In this document: in pieces, positions 38,841-51,502 of the stretch | Layout of the letters: the number at the start of each line of letters is the position of its first letter | How positions within the stretch are numbered: the stretch's first letter is position 1 | From: Geosiphon pyriformis uo1 | Lineage: Eukaryota; Fungi; Glomeromycota | DNA length: 64,000 bases | Direction: 5' to 3' | Assembly (NCBI GenBank): GCA_016748015.1 | Contig: JAAOMT010000563.1 | Location: 475,504-539,503, forward strand | Notes under the pieces: model-generated | Databases searched by the model: none | Told to the model about the DNA's origin: nothing | What the model saw: the letters and a program-made list of their open reading frames with translations, nothing else | Program-made: the position numbers and the translations under genes

Positions 38841-40382
38841 TGATAAAGTAAGAGAAATCTGAGTGAGATCTTTTCCCACGTATCAGTATTTATGCATACA
38901 TGTATCGGAGATCTGCTTGCGAAGGTGAATTTATTTACTTCTGAACAGATTCTTTTACTCTCCAAAATGAACTATAAACGAGTGAAAATTTTGCTCTTTA
39001 AAAGTCCCTATACATCAAAAAAGATTTTTAATAAAAAGCAGATAATAATAATAAACTACAAAATATTAAAGATTTGATGCTAAAATATTAAAAAGCTATC
39101 TTTTAGACATAAATTTTTTGTTATAAAAGCTGTTTTTGGTCTGATTTCATTGATTTAATTATTGCTAGGGATGAGAAAAAAACTAATGAAAGTGATACAA
39201 GCCAGTTGGTATTTTGAAAAAATTTTTACATGATTATATAAAAACAATTTTCACATCCAATACTTTTTAATTTCACAATTTACATCAACTGATTTATATA
39301 TTATTTGTTATTGATAAAAATAAATAAATAAAAAATATTAAAATTAATAATTGGCATAAATATATAAAATTAATGTTATTGAAAAATTATATATTATTAT
39401 TGTTATAAATTGTGTATAATAAATTTTTATAACTAAAAAATAATTTATCAAAAAATATTATTTTAAATCAGTTGAAATAATAATAATAATTATCATATGT
39501 TCATTACACACAATTTTTGTTACCAATTATTAAGTTCCAATTTCTTTTTCAATATTTAATGGTTAAAATTTCTTTATTTTGTCATGATAAATAATATTTT
39601 TCAGTTTGTTTTAAGTTCAGAATTCAATTTAACATGTATCAATTTTAAATTTTACCTAAAAAATTTTAAATAAAAAGATCAAATTTTAAATATATAGATT
39701 TATTAACAATATTAACCTTAATATCAATTTCAAACGCTATTATTTACTGTGATTCCGAGCATTGTTTTGGTACTACAGTAACCATTGCAGGAACTAATTA
39801 CAATTCATCAAGTAAAAATATGATAATTTGAAATCAAAAATTTAACAAGTATTTGAAATTAAAAGTCCACAATCTATCGATTTGTTTTTTTTTGGTGTAA
39901 GCATTAAAGCATATTCACATTACATCATAAAAAGTCTGATCATCAATAATATTAAAAATGTTTGGTTTGCATCAAAAAAAATGAATGATCTCTATTTTTG
40001 TTAAATTGCCCGAAAAGTAGTGATTTTTGTTAAATGAGGGATCATCATCAGCAAAAACCTAAAAGTTTACATTCCATTTAAGGTAAAACAAAGAGATTCT
40101 CCCAATTTCAGATTTTTGTATGGTTGATTGCAACACAATTGCAAATCTTCAAACTCAAAATGTTGGCGAAGGTCACAAAATAAATCAACTGCAAGCTACA
40201 ACTTCATTGTCTAAAGAATGAAGGACTGACTGTGTAATAAAATATATTATATTTATTCGTGATAATTTCTTTTAAATCACTTTCATAATGAGTTCAAGAA
40301 TATAAATACACACACTTTAGACATCAACTTTTAAAGATACCACCTGTTCAATTTTAAAATTAAAAACGTAGAAATCTTTTTA

Positions 40383-41417
40383 ATGATGTTTCCAATTTCA
40401 ATGATTTTCTTGCTCATTTTTTGCATGATTTATGTCTCTGCACAAAACTCAACAAAAACAACAACAACTAATACCATTGACGACTGCTATAAATTATTTA
40501 AAAAATCATGCACTCCCTGTCTTAGAACTCTTTATGATCTCGCGATTCTTAGTAATCCATGGGATTCAGAATCGTCTTATACATGTGAACATTTTAAAAG
40601 ATTTAAGGAAATGTTTGCTCTCGACGACCCTGAGAGCATTGAAGAAGCAGATTATGAATTCATTAATTCTGAAGTCAAAAAGTTTTGTACTCAGTCTAAT
40701 CCATGTCCGACTTCATTCTCGACTAGTGGATATAAAAGAATACAACAGACATGTGGTGTTGAGGCAAAAGGAGTGGACAGTGTGGCTGAGCTGGTTGCTT
40801 ATTTCTAAAGACTTTATTATTTGGCAAAACCAGTTTATGAAAGTGTATGCGCAGAAAGTTCGACATTAAGTGGGTGTTTTTTTCGAATTTCGCAATTTCA
40901 TGAATGGAGACTTTTTAACCTAATTTTATCAAATCTAAAAACGTTTAATTTTGCAGATCATTATAATTGGGTCGAGATCTCAAGCCTTTTGGATGTCTAT
41001 GTATATAAAAATTCTTATAAAACAGGATATTATCGTACTGGAGTTCGATTATTTCCACCAAATACCGTCTTCGGAATATCGTATCAAAGTTCAGAACCGT
41101 TAAATTATAATTTTGAACTGCCACATAGTATTGTCTGTGGTGAAGATTTTCAACAAGTTTCTCAAATTTATTTTAAATACATCCAAGCTAACCCTGTTAA
41201 TAGTTCATTTTTGGATGTGAAAAAGAGCATTGATCAGTTAAAGGCTAATATTACGTTGTATAATTGCCCGGATACTCAATATAATCCATCGAATGATACA
41301 ACTATTTCAACACCTAGTAAACCTATCCAGAAATCTGCTGCTACAGTAACAATTATGTGGTTGGGAAACATTATTTTATTTGCCTTAGTTATTTGTCATG
41401 CTTTCTTCATGATTTGA
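40383..41417 (+). CDS. Cys-rich secreted, probably GPI-anchored protein (~344 codons) with a single in-frame TAA at 40806-40808
   Basis: ORFs 40383-40808 and 40821-41417 are in the same frame. Signal peptide MMFPISMIFLLIFCMIYVSA-Q, many Cys, S/T/P stalk, KSAA omega-like site and hydrophobic C-terminal tail; TATAAA at ~40301. Confidence 0.75.
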
Positions 41418-41899
41418 AAACAAATCTATATATATACATTTAAAAATAGTATTTCTAAAAATAATATGAATTTAAGAACCTCTTCTTTTAACTTATATTA
41501 ATTAATAAAAGACTCAGCCAATAGTTAGGAAAAAGAAGATAAAAAAATATTATTTATTAAATTAATGTTTTTCAATAAATATTTTGAAAATTTTATATTT
41601 TCCTGTAAAAGTGCGTATAAAAAATTGAAATTAAAAATATATCAAATTAATTTTGCCAAGTTTGAGATTGTGACTTGGGCTAATTCTTGTAAAGGAAAGA
41701 TGCTCGGAACTTTTAAAGAAATTTTTCAATAAAAATTTATTAAATTGGTTTTAATCCAATTAAAACAAGCAGAGATTTTTTAATCAATAATAATAATTGC
41801 AAAATATTAGCAGAATTTAATTGAAAAACTAGAATTATAAAAAATAATAATAATAATAATTGAGATAAATATGTTTAAATTACATTCTTGAATTCATTA

Positions 41900-42600
41900 A
41901 TTATAGCTAAAATGTTTTTAAAAATTGTAATAAAAATATTTTTCAAAAATTTATTATGGTATTTAATGAAATATTATGGGGTTTCAAAAAAAGCAATTAA
42001 TCAAACAGCTGGAAATATTATGTATAAAACATATCCTTAATAAGATTAATAATTAACTTGGTAATAGTAAAAAATAATAATATTCAGCCTATTAAGAAAT
42101 AAAAATATAATAACTTTGAAACAAAAATACATATATTAAAACTTGGTTTCATTAATATTGAATGAAAAGTTTTACCAAAAACTAATATTTCTTAAGAGAT
42201 TAAAAATCTTTTGTAAATGTTCAAAGTGTTCATTTCAAGTTTTTGAGTACACAATAATGTCATCCAAATAGACTAGAACAAAATCTATATTAATTGATTC
42301 AAAATACTTTGTCTATTAATTATTGAAAGATGGAAGAAATATTAATTAATTCAAAGGGCATAACTATAAATTTATAGATACCATATTTGGTAATAAAAGC
42401 TGTTTTTTTACGACTTTTTGGATATATTTCTACTTGTCAAAATTCAGCAGTTAAGTTAATGGTTAAAAAAAAATCAACACTATTGAATTTATCTAAAATT
42501 GTATCAATTCTAAAGAATAAGTATATGTTTTTTACAGTAATAGTATTTAATTAATGGTATTTAACACAAAAGCATAGAATTTCATCTTTTTTAAAGATTA
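41900..42600 (-). mobile_element. Ty3/Gypsy pol (reverse transcriptase) remnant
   Basis: Minus strand KTAFITKYGIYKFIVMPFELINISSIFQ* followed by FVLVYLDDIIVYSKT*NEHFEHLQKIF (YLDD at 42259-42270). Boundaries are approximate. Confidence 0.85.
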
Positions 42601-43599
42601 TTACTATTGAAAAAACCTATTTGCTCTTAGTTTTTTGTATAAACTCAAGTTTTTTTATTCGGTTTATTTTTTTTTTTAATGAATTTATTATTGTAATAAT
42701 TAAACTAGTATGGTTTTAAGTAGATAAAACAAGTTTTTTTTGTGATAATAATGTATTGTATTACTTTTTTTTGATACTGCTAGACTATTTTTAGCCAATA
42801 AATTTTTAATGTACACTTTTTTTTTCTAAGAAAAGTTTTTTTGCTCTATTATTAATGATTGTATTTCTGAAAATTTATTTTTAAAGTACTAATAAATTAA
42901 AAAACTTGAAAAAAAAAGTAGATAGACACTAATAAAAAAAACATAAACAAAAAAAAAGCAAAAAAAAAAGTATAATACTAAAAGTATAAGAACAAATAAA
43001 TAGAAAAAATACAAAAATAAAAAAACTATATACAACAACAGATTATATAAGTAATAACTTTGTAATTTATGATATAAAGTAAAGCTTAATAAATTTGTAA
43101 ATTCACTTTTTTATTTATTTTATAATTATATGTGTTTTATGAAAAAAAAAATTATATTTAAGAGAATATTTAATATATAATGCTTATTTTTTTCTATTTT
43201 CTATGGATATTCTAAAACATTTTATAAAGTATACTAAACTTAACATGTTTAATAACATTATACTATTTCTATAATTTTTTTTTCTTTAATAAACAAATTA
43301 TATACAATAATTTTAAACACTATATTATCTTAATATTACTTTAAAAATTGCCAGTTATATCTAATTTTTGTTAAAATTATGAAAATTATCTTATATATAT
43401 AAATTCAAATACTTTTTATAATATTTCTAAATTATATGAAATTATTAATAATATTTTTAACAAGTTTTTTATCAAAATTTTTTGGCAAAAACAACAAACT
43501 ACAGATAATATCAATGATTATATTTTAAACATAATTTTATTTTTAAGCCAATATATTATAACTTTATTATTAAGCTGAAAACATAATAGAAAAATAAAT

Positions 43600-45110
43600 A
43601 ATATAAGTATCAAAAAAAATTTGGCTATTTTCCCAACTAATAAATATTTAAAAATTGCTAATTTGGTGCAAATATATCTTGATTACAATCAAAAAACATC
43701 TAAAGACTTATTCAGTTGCTTGAATTATAAAAGTTTACAGCATTTTATATACTATATTTTACTTGGTTTTTTTTTAAAACATGAGATTGTATTTTTCCTA
43801 ATTTAACAAAAGCATTTCTAGAATTTCAAAAAGCAGCAAATACAAAAAATTCTCTTGAATAATTTTTTTGAAATGTTGTTATAGTAATAAAATTAGTATT
43901 TTACAACTTCAAGAAAAAACATGTGAGTTTTATTTAAAAGCAGTAAAAGTGGAAGATATGACTATACAAAAATCTCTTGAAAATTGTTATTTTTATAAAT
44001 AAGAAACAAAAAAAAATGACAAAAAACATTTAAATTTTATTCAAAAGCTATAGAAATGAAAAATTTAATAGCACAATACAATCATGTAATTTGTTATGCT
44101 AATAGAAAAAAAATGATAAAAAATTCAGAAAAAGCATTTAAACTCAATTTAAAAGCAATAAAAGCAAATAATTTATGTTATTGAAATAATTTTCTTGAAT
44201 TGAATGTTCATAATCTTATTCTAAAAAATTAAGACAATTTAGAATATATTATTTTATGATTTAAAAGAAGAAATTATTAAATTTTGAAGCTTTTTTTGAC
44301 CAGCTTTCAGATAAATTCAAGTGTTTTAAATATGGCAACTTGAGTATAATTATTAATAAATCTCTTTTTTAATACTAATAATAGTGATGATAATGTTTTT
44401 GAAACAGGCTTGCTAAAATGTTTAGAATACAATGACATATTAAAAAATCTTATTTTGCTGTATTTCTTGTAAATTATAATAATTATTAAATATTTATAGA
44501 ACATAAAATAATGGAATAATAATATTAATTATTATATTGAACATACACAAAATATTGTTAAAAGTGCCAAAACATATCTAAAATTAATATCTCTTGATAA
44601 GATTGAATTGTTGAATAAAATGAGAAAGAAAAGATTTGGCATTTTTAAAAAAAATAGTTGAAAGAGAGACAGAATTCTATTTTGGAAAAAAAAATCAAAA
44701 ATATGAACAAATTGAAGTTACAAAAATTGTCTTAAAATATCTTAAAAGTAGCCAAAATGTAAAATATATTAATTCAGATGAGATATTTTTTTAAAAAAAA
44801 TTTTTGTTATTTTTATTATCCTAATTTTTTTTTTAAAATTAGAAAACTCATTAAAATAGTTTATTGCATATCTTTCAAATGCTTCTTATAAATATATTTT
44901 TGAATGCTATGGAATAACCAAAGATATTACAACTAATAAATTTATTATGGTTTTATTATTTGTAAAATATGGAGACTTTAAAGCTTTTTTCAAGTTAAAC
45001 AAAAATATTTTTACTTAAAACATGTTTCTTTATATTTTTTTCAAATTTTTAGTGGTCTAAAATATATTCATAAATCAAAACTAGTACATAGGAACTATTA
45101 TTTCCTAAAA
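43600..45110 (+). pseudogene. Sel1-repeat plus protein kinase pseudogene, heavily eroded
   Basis: Sel1-like AQYNHVICYANRK..KNSEKAFKL (43880-44170); kinase remnants ECYGITKDITTNKFIMVL (~44902) and GLKYIHKSKLVHRN (~45055). Confidence 0.7.
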
Positions 45111-47519
45111 AATTATTTCTGAAAAAAGACTTTTTAATAATACATATTCAATTTATATGTAATTAATAAAAAGTATCTTATAATTAGAAAACATATGCTA
45201 TAATATATTTAAAAAATGATACAAAAAAATTGTTAATATAATTCATCTTGTTCTAATAGTAGAAAGTAACTTTAAAAACTTATTATTTCTATTCACAATA
45301 ATTGTAACTTACATAATTTATTTGTAAAAAAAATCTTGATTTTAAAGAAACACAAGATGCTATCTAAGATACAAGAAAATATAGAAGTCAATTAATCTTA
45401 AAATCTGGATTTTCTATAAAAAGTAAGTCATTTATTTATTATGTTTAATATTTTGAAAACTTTTTTAGTTTAATCATCTTTTTTAGAGTTGGATTTGTAT
45501 TTAGAAATTAATTAAATTAACAATAATAAAGCAATAAATAGTATGTATACAATCAATAAATTCGAGTTCTGATTAAATTGATTAAATAAGTAAGCATTTT
45601 AATAATGATATTAAAATTTATTTTTATTAATATTAAACTAAAACAGATGAAAAATTGAAAAAAAATTGGTTATTTATGTTTAAAATATATTATATACTAT
45701 TATATATTATTTTATTTTATATCTATTTTAAAAAAGCTTACATTTATTTTGAGTGTAAAAATTATGAATAATAAAGCATTTTTTTATTAAAGTACAAATA
45801 AGCAAACACATTTTAAAAGACTAAATTAGTGTTTCAAGCAATCAAAAATCATTTAAGTCTAAAATAGTTATTTTTTTTTAATATAAAACATATTGTGATA
45901 AAACCAAACAAAGTGATTATAAGACATTTTAAATTGTTTTTTGTAAAACAAAGTTTTGTTTTTACACAGTTTTTTACATCTCTTCAGTATTTTAGAATAC
46001 AGTAAAAATACTTTAAAATGTTGTAATTATTTAAAATATAGTATAATAAGTTGAAAAATATGTATTTTAGCATTGTAAACTAATTAATTCTTAATATGTT
46101 ATGATTGAAATTTTAAAGAGTTGTTTATATTTAAGTATTTATAAGCAATTATCTACAGTGTATTTGAATTTCAATTTTTATAAATATATTTAATGCAGCT
46201 ATTATTAATAAATAAATATTTAAAGCATTATAATAATTAACCAATTGTATTCAACAAAATATTACCAACATATTAAATTAAATTAATTAATTATTGATGA
46301 TTTGAATAATTAAATTTTAAAAACTTTTTAGTATTAATATAAGGATTAAAAATTAAAGTAATAGAATAAAAAAATATTAGTTTGGTTATTTAGAAAATAT
46401 TAATTTAAGATAACAATTTTTTCAATAAATTTGCATAAAATTAACTTCCTTTCAAATTTCTAATATTAATTTAAAATGTAAAAGAAAGTAAATAATTTTT
46501 TATAAGTATAAACTTATTATTTATGTCAATATATATTGATTGTATTAAGTTAATTTTTAATCTTGGTGTTATATTTAATATTATTTATTTATTTACTTTT
46601 TTTCAGAAAAAAGTCATGTTAATAAATCTATTTTTTATATTTTTTATTTACAAATAAAGTTAATAATATATTTATTTTTCAATATTCAAGTTTTTATAAA
46701 TAAAAAAATTTCTTTTTACAAATTTTCTTTTATTTTTAAAATAAATATTAAATGAGAAAAATATTTTATATATACTTTTATAATTTTTATTATGATTTTT
46801 TTAAATATTCTGATTATCTTGAATATTTTGTATAATAACATCAATCAACAACAATATGTTGTAATTTTTGTACTAAAATTTATAACCAATATTTTTAGTT
46901 ATTATTTAAAAATATTATGTTTTTGGATTATCACAATATATTACAATAATTATGATAAAAAATAATTGTATACTCATAGTTTAATTTTAAATAATATATA
47001 AATCAAAATTTAAAAGCCAATTTAAAATTAAAAAAGCAATGTTTTTTCCTAATTAAATTAATTATTAAATTAAAATTTATTATTTACAATATGAAATTTT
47101 TTATTGTATAAATCTTGCTAAAATTTTAATAATCAAATTAAAATAATAATTTTGATAATTGTATTAATAATATAAATAATTTTTTATTGCATATTTATTA
47201 TTGTGTATTAAATAATTTATTAAATTTTTATTAAAAATATTTATTTATATTTATTACAAAATATATTTCAAATATTTTATTAAATATTGTTTTAATTTTT
47301 AACTTTTTTACTTATATATTTTTTATTTTTTTATATGAATTTGATTTTTTAATATATCTAATGATATATTAAGAAAGAAATTTTATACTTTTAAATACTA
47401 TAATATCTTTAAATTATGTTGTAAAATATTATTATAAACATATGGTTTATTTTAAATAATAAATAAAAATTTTAACAAAATTTTTAGCTTAAATTATTAA
47501 TAAATCAATTATTAATTTT

Positions 47520-47890
47520 TATTTTTAAGTTTGAATCAAGAAATCGCAAACTAAAAATTCTGAGAAACAAAAAAAAATATCATGTTATTGATAGTTTCAA
47601 ATGCATTTTTTGAATTTTGGGTTTTAATTTCAATTAAAAAAAAAAGAAGCTTTTTTAAATTTTGTATAAAATTACAAATTTAGATATTTCAAGTTTCTTG
47701 GAAAATATCTCAATTTTGTAAGTTCTAAAGTTTTTTGGTTATAGCTGCCAATTAATTGACCAGTCCTTTTAACTTTGATTACAGTAACTGTTGCTTCTTT
47801 ATTATTGCATAATTAATAAAAATCGGCTGAAATGAATTCATCTTGATTGTCTTAAAGTAGCAAATTAAAATTATTTTTTAAAAAACTTTA
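47520..47890 (-). pseudogene. Inverted BTB-TLDc fragment plus 3'-flank sequence (copy D')
   Basis: 47735-47885 is reverse-complement homologous to the TLDc segment at 48915-49065 and 37650-37790; 47540-47720 resembles the flank at ~37000-37200. Confidence 0.75.
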
Positions 47891-47989
47891 CAAAACTTAT
47901 TTTCTTGAGATGGAAGAAAAAACATAAGCAATTATATAATAACAGATCACCTGTCAATTACATATTTGTATAAAAGTCTCTAAAAATAT

Positions 47990-49340
47990 TAATGTTTTAT
48001 CCAATGACTGGAAACTTATTCAAGAATTAAAATTTCTCTGATATTAAGATTGTAGTTAGCAAAGTACTTAATATTAAAAATTTTCAAGCTCATTCGCAAA
48101 TTTTTCTATAGCACTCTCTAATAATTGAGTGTAAAAAAAAAACAATATTATTATCTTTACTAAAACTAATATTTCACCCAAAATTTTTTAAATGATTCTT
48201 TGGTAAATGTTTTTAATTATTTTTTGCTAAAAGTTTTTTTGCCGATATAAATTAATATGTTTTGAACAGATATATTTATACTGGTGAGATTTTTCTTATT
48301 GAACATAGAGAACATACCATTTTAAAGTTCCTTTATGCTTATACTAGAAAAAATTATTGATCATCTTGAAGACTATTTGTTTGAACACTATGTAAAAGAA
48401 CTAGAAAAAAATTTTACCACTTTGCAAAGAACTTCATTTATGCATGACTTTTTCAAAAAGTTTCAAAATTTCTGCACTGAAATAGATGCTAAAAATTTAG
48501 CTATAGTTTTCAACTCGCAAAATTTTACCTCTCTTAATGAAAATTTTTTTCCTTAATCTTAATTCTAGATGACCTAAATATAGAAAAATTTAAGATATGA
48601 AAAAAAATTGTAAATAGAGAGTTGCTAAAATTAGATTCAAATATTCAGATAAAAAAAGTTTTTAACTGAACAGATCAAAACTATAATGTCTTTAAGGAAT
48701 CCATTAAAAAATTTCTATTTTTAATCTGTTTCTTTAATATATTTTCAGTTGACTTTTATTACAAAGTAAAACTATTTGTGAGAATTTTACCTGAAACTTT
48801 ATATGAAGATCTTTTACATTATTATTTTATATTGAGTAGTTATTAAGAGTCTGTAAATACTCAGCCATTACATATTTACTACTTAAATATTTATTCAAAA
48901 CTTTTTTAATCAACTTAAAAATAATTTTAATTTGTTATTTCGAGGCAGTTGAAACAAATTCATTCCAGTCAATTTTTATTAATTATGTAATAATAAAGGA
49001 GCAACAGTTAGCATAATAAAAGTGAAAAGAACTGGTTAATTAATTGACAACTATAACTCACAGTTTTGACACTCTTGAAATGAACAAATAAATGGAAAAA
49101 AAGTTTTATTTTTTCCTTTGGAGATAGCATTGCTTGAAATATTAAACTTAGCAAACTTTTAATGTATTTAGACCTTATGGTGATTTAAAATTATGTAACA
49201 ATAATTTTAAAAATATTCCAGAATATTATTGTAACAAGATAATAAATTATAAGCATACTATAATGGCTAAATCAAAAAATCAATAAGTAAAATATTTTGT
49301 TGAAGAGTAAGAAGTTTTTCAAATCATAAAAAAATAAATA
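47990..49340 (+). pseudogene. BTB-TLDc pseudogene, heavily C>T/G>A mutated (copy D)
   Basis: Collinear with copy C over most of its length, including the intron (48202-48269), YIYTGEI and EE*EVFQII; many stops. Confidence 0.87.
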
Positions 49341-49689
49341 AGTTTTATTTAATTTAATTATATTTTTTTATAACTTGTGTTTTTTATCTTAGAAATTTTA
49401 CTAACAACATAATCTATAATCTAATATTTTAAGCTCCACAATAAAGACAAAAAAATATGTCTATTTTTTAATAGAATTACTTTAATTGCACCTATTCAAT
49501 TTTTGAGTATATATATACTGACCAAATATAATTATTTTTAAAATGAAAAAAAATCTTTTATATTTTATATAACTTGATAAATTTAATATAATCTACTGCC
49601 TTTGAATAGTTTTAGCCATATCAATTATAGCAACTAAAATTGTTGAAAAAATACAATTTTAATTTAAAGATAAGTAGATCCAAATTTAT

Positions 49690-50610
49690 TCAGTATATTT
49701 TTAAGTTGTTTAATAAATTTACAGATGATAGAAAGAGGAATCAAACATGATGATGCCTTAAAGATGATTTCAAATTTAGTAATAAACAGATAAATATATT
49801 GATTTTTATGCAAAAAAGTGGCTGGCAAAAAATCATAAATTTTACAATTCTAAATAAGGTTTTATATAGTAAAGCTAAACACTCCAACTCTATGCCAAAT
49901 TCAAAAAAAACCATTAAAGAACTGGCTTAGTATATTTTGCACAATAATTTTAGCATAAAAGATAAGAAAACTAAAACTTATAATTTGCCTAAATCAGTAC
50001 CAAATACTAATGTTACTTTATTATGTCTTTCTTTATTCAGAAGAAAATTACAAAATCTTAGTACTTTATCTGACATTATTAAGATAACAAAATTTTTTAA
50101 TATTATGAAAAAGCCAATAAAATTCAGAGAGATCAATGAAAAAAAGCTAAAGAACTTAAAAGAATTAATTATCTGAATCATTTTACATTAGAATTAGTAA
50201 AAAAAATTGAATAGTTATGTTGTATTTACTGCATCTAATTATTAAGTTTTCACTGATATTATGATAATACTTAGTATGTACTTTGCTAAAGTTAAAACTT
50301 TACATAGTACAGATAAAAATACTATATCTTCTAAAAAAACTTGGCAATTTAGAGATTTCAAAAATTAAATAATTCAATGCATTCTTAAAAAACTATAATT
50401 TTTTTTCTCACTACTTATAAAAAATGAGTGCAGTCTATGCTATTGTAATATATAAGACAAAAAATTTAGTCCATGCTATGACAATTACTCAAAAAGCCTT
50501 AAGACATTCACCTAAAAATAATAATTTTTCAACACAAAACTATGTTGTAGTCAATTACAAAAAGAGAGGCACCTTATCTGAAAAAATAAAATTATTCTGA
50601 CTATATAGTA
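49690..50610 (+). pseudogene. Eroded tyrosine-recombinase-like gene
   Basis: MYFAKVKTLH (50276) reverts by transitions to MRPAEVKTLR. HYL*K (50409), ALRHS (50496) and QNY (50535) are in one frame, giving the R...HxxR...H...Y catalytic order. Confidence 0.6.
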
Positions 50611-51502
50611 AAAATTAAAAGTCAGAGATTTACCTTTTACAGGTTTCATACTTTTTATTTTTGTTATGTGTATATTAGAGTTCATTACTTGATTAAAGTT
50701 AAAAACATTTATAATTAACAAAAAACATTATTATTTTATTTAAAACTTAAATCTTATTTTTTTGGATTTTTAACTGTTTAATTTGATTTTTGTGACTGTT
50801 TTCAAGTAAATTTTTACTAGTGGTTTTTCTTTTTTGTTAAATGAATTCAAATAAGTTATAAAAACCAATAAAAATTTTTATTTTTAAAAAACAGTTTAAA
50901 GATAATTTTGAAGTTTAAGCTTAAGTTAAAGATGCTAAAAATAATATAATAATAAATAGTATTTTGCTAAAATTTGCTTCTGGTGTTTGCATATTTTTGG
51001 CAATCAGTTTTGGTATATTATGTAAATTTTAAAATTATATAATCCAGAAAAATGTGAACCAATCACTGGTATGATATATTAATGCCAATTTATAATATAG
51101 GAAAAATGTTCAAAAATTGCTTAGAAGTCACAAAACCACAAGATATTTTTAATTTAAGAAAATTTTCTGACTTATATATAACAAGCTACTTATTATTTTT
51201 ATCTATTTTATGTTATTAGTTTCACAATTTGAAATTTCATGCAGTAAAAAAACAATAGTATTTTTGAGATAACAAAGCATGAATGGCATAGATATTTTGA
51301 TAACAATAAAATTAATTTTAAACAAAACAAATAAAAATAAAATAAAATAAAATAAATTTATTAAAAAAATTTTAATTCAAAAATAAAAACAGAATTTTTA
51401 TTTTTTAATTAAATATTTATTTTTTTAAATACAAAATAACTTTATAAAAATATTCATTTTATATATTAAATCTATATATATTTAATTTGTTTTTTATTAA
51501 AA

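Noticed and set aside
40432-40869. Overlapping 145-aa ORF as a second gene or frameshift partner
   Set aside because: Alternate frame of the secreted-protein gene; the main frame resumes in phase after the TAA, so no frameshift is needed.
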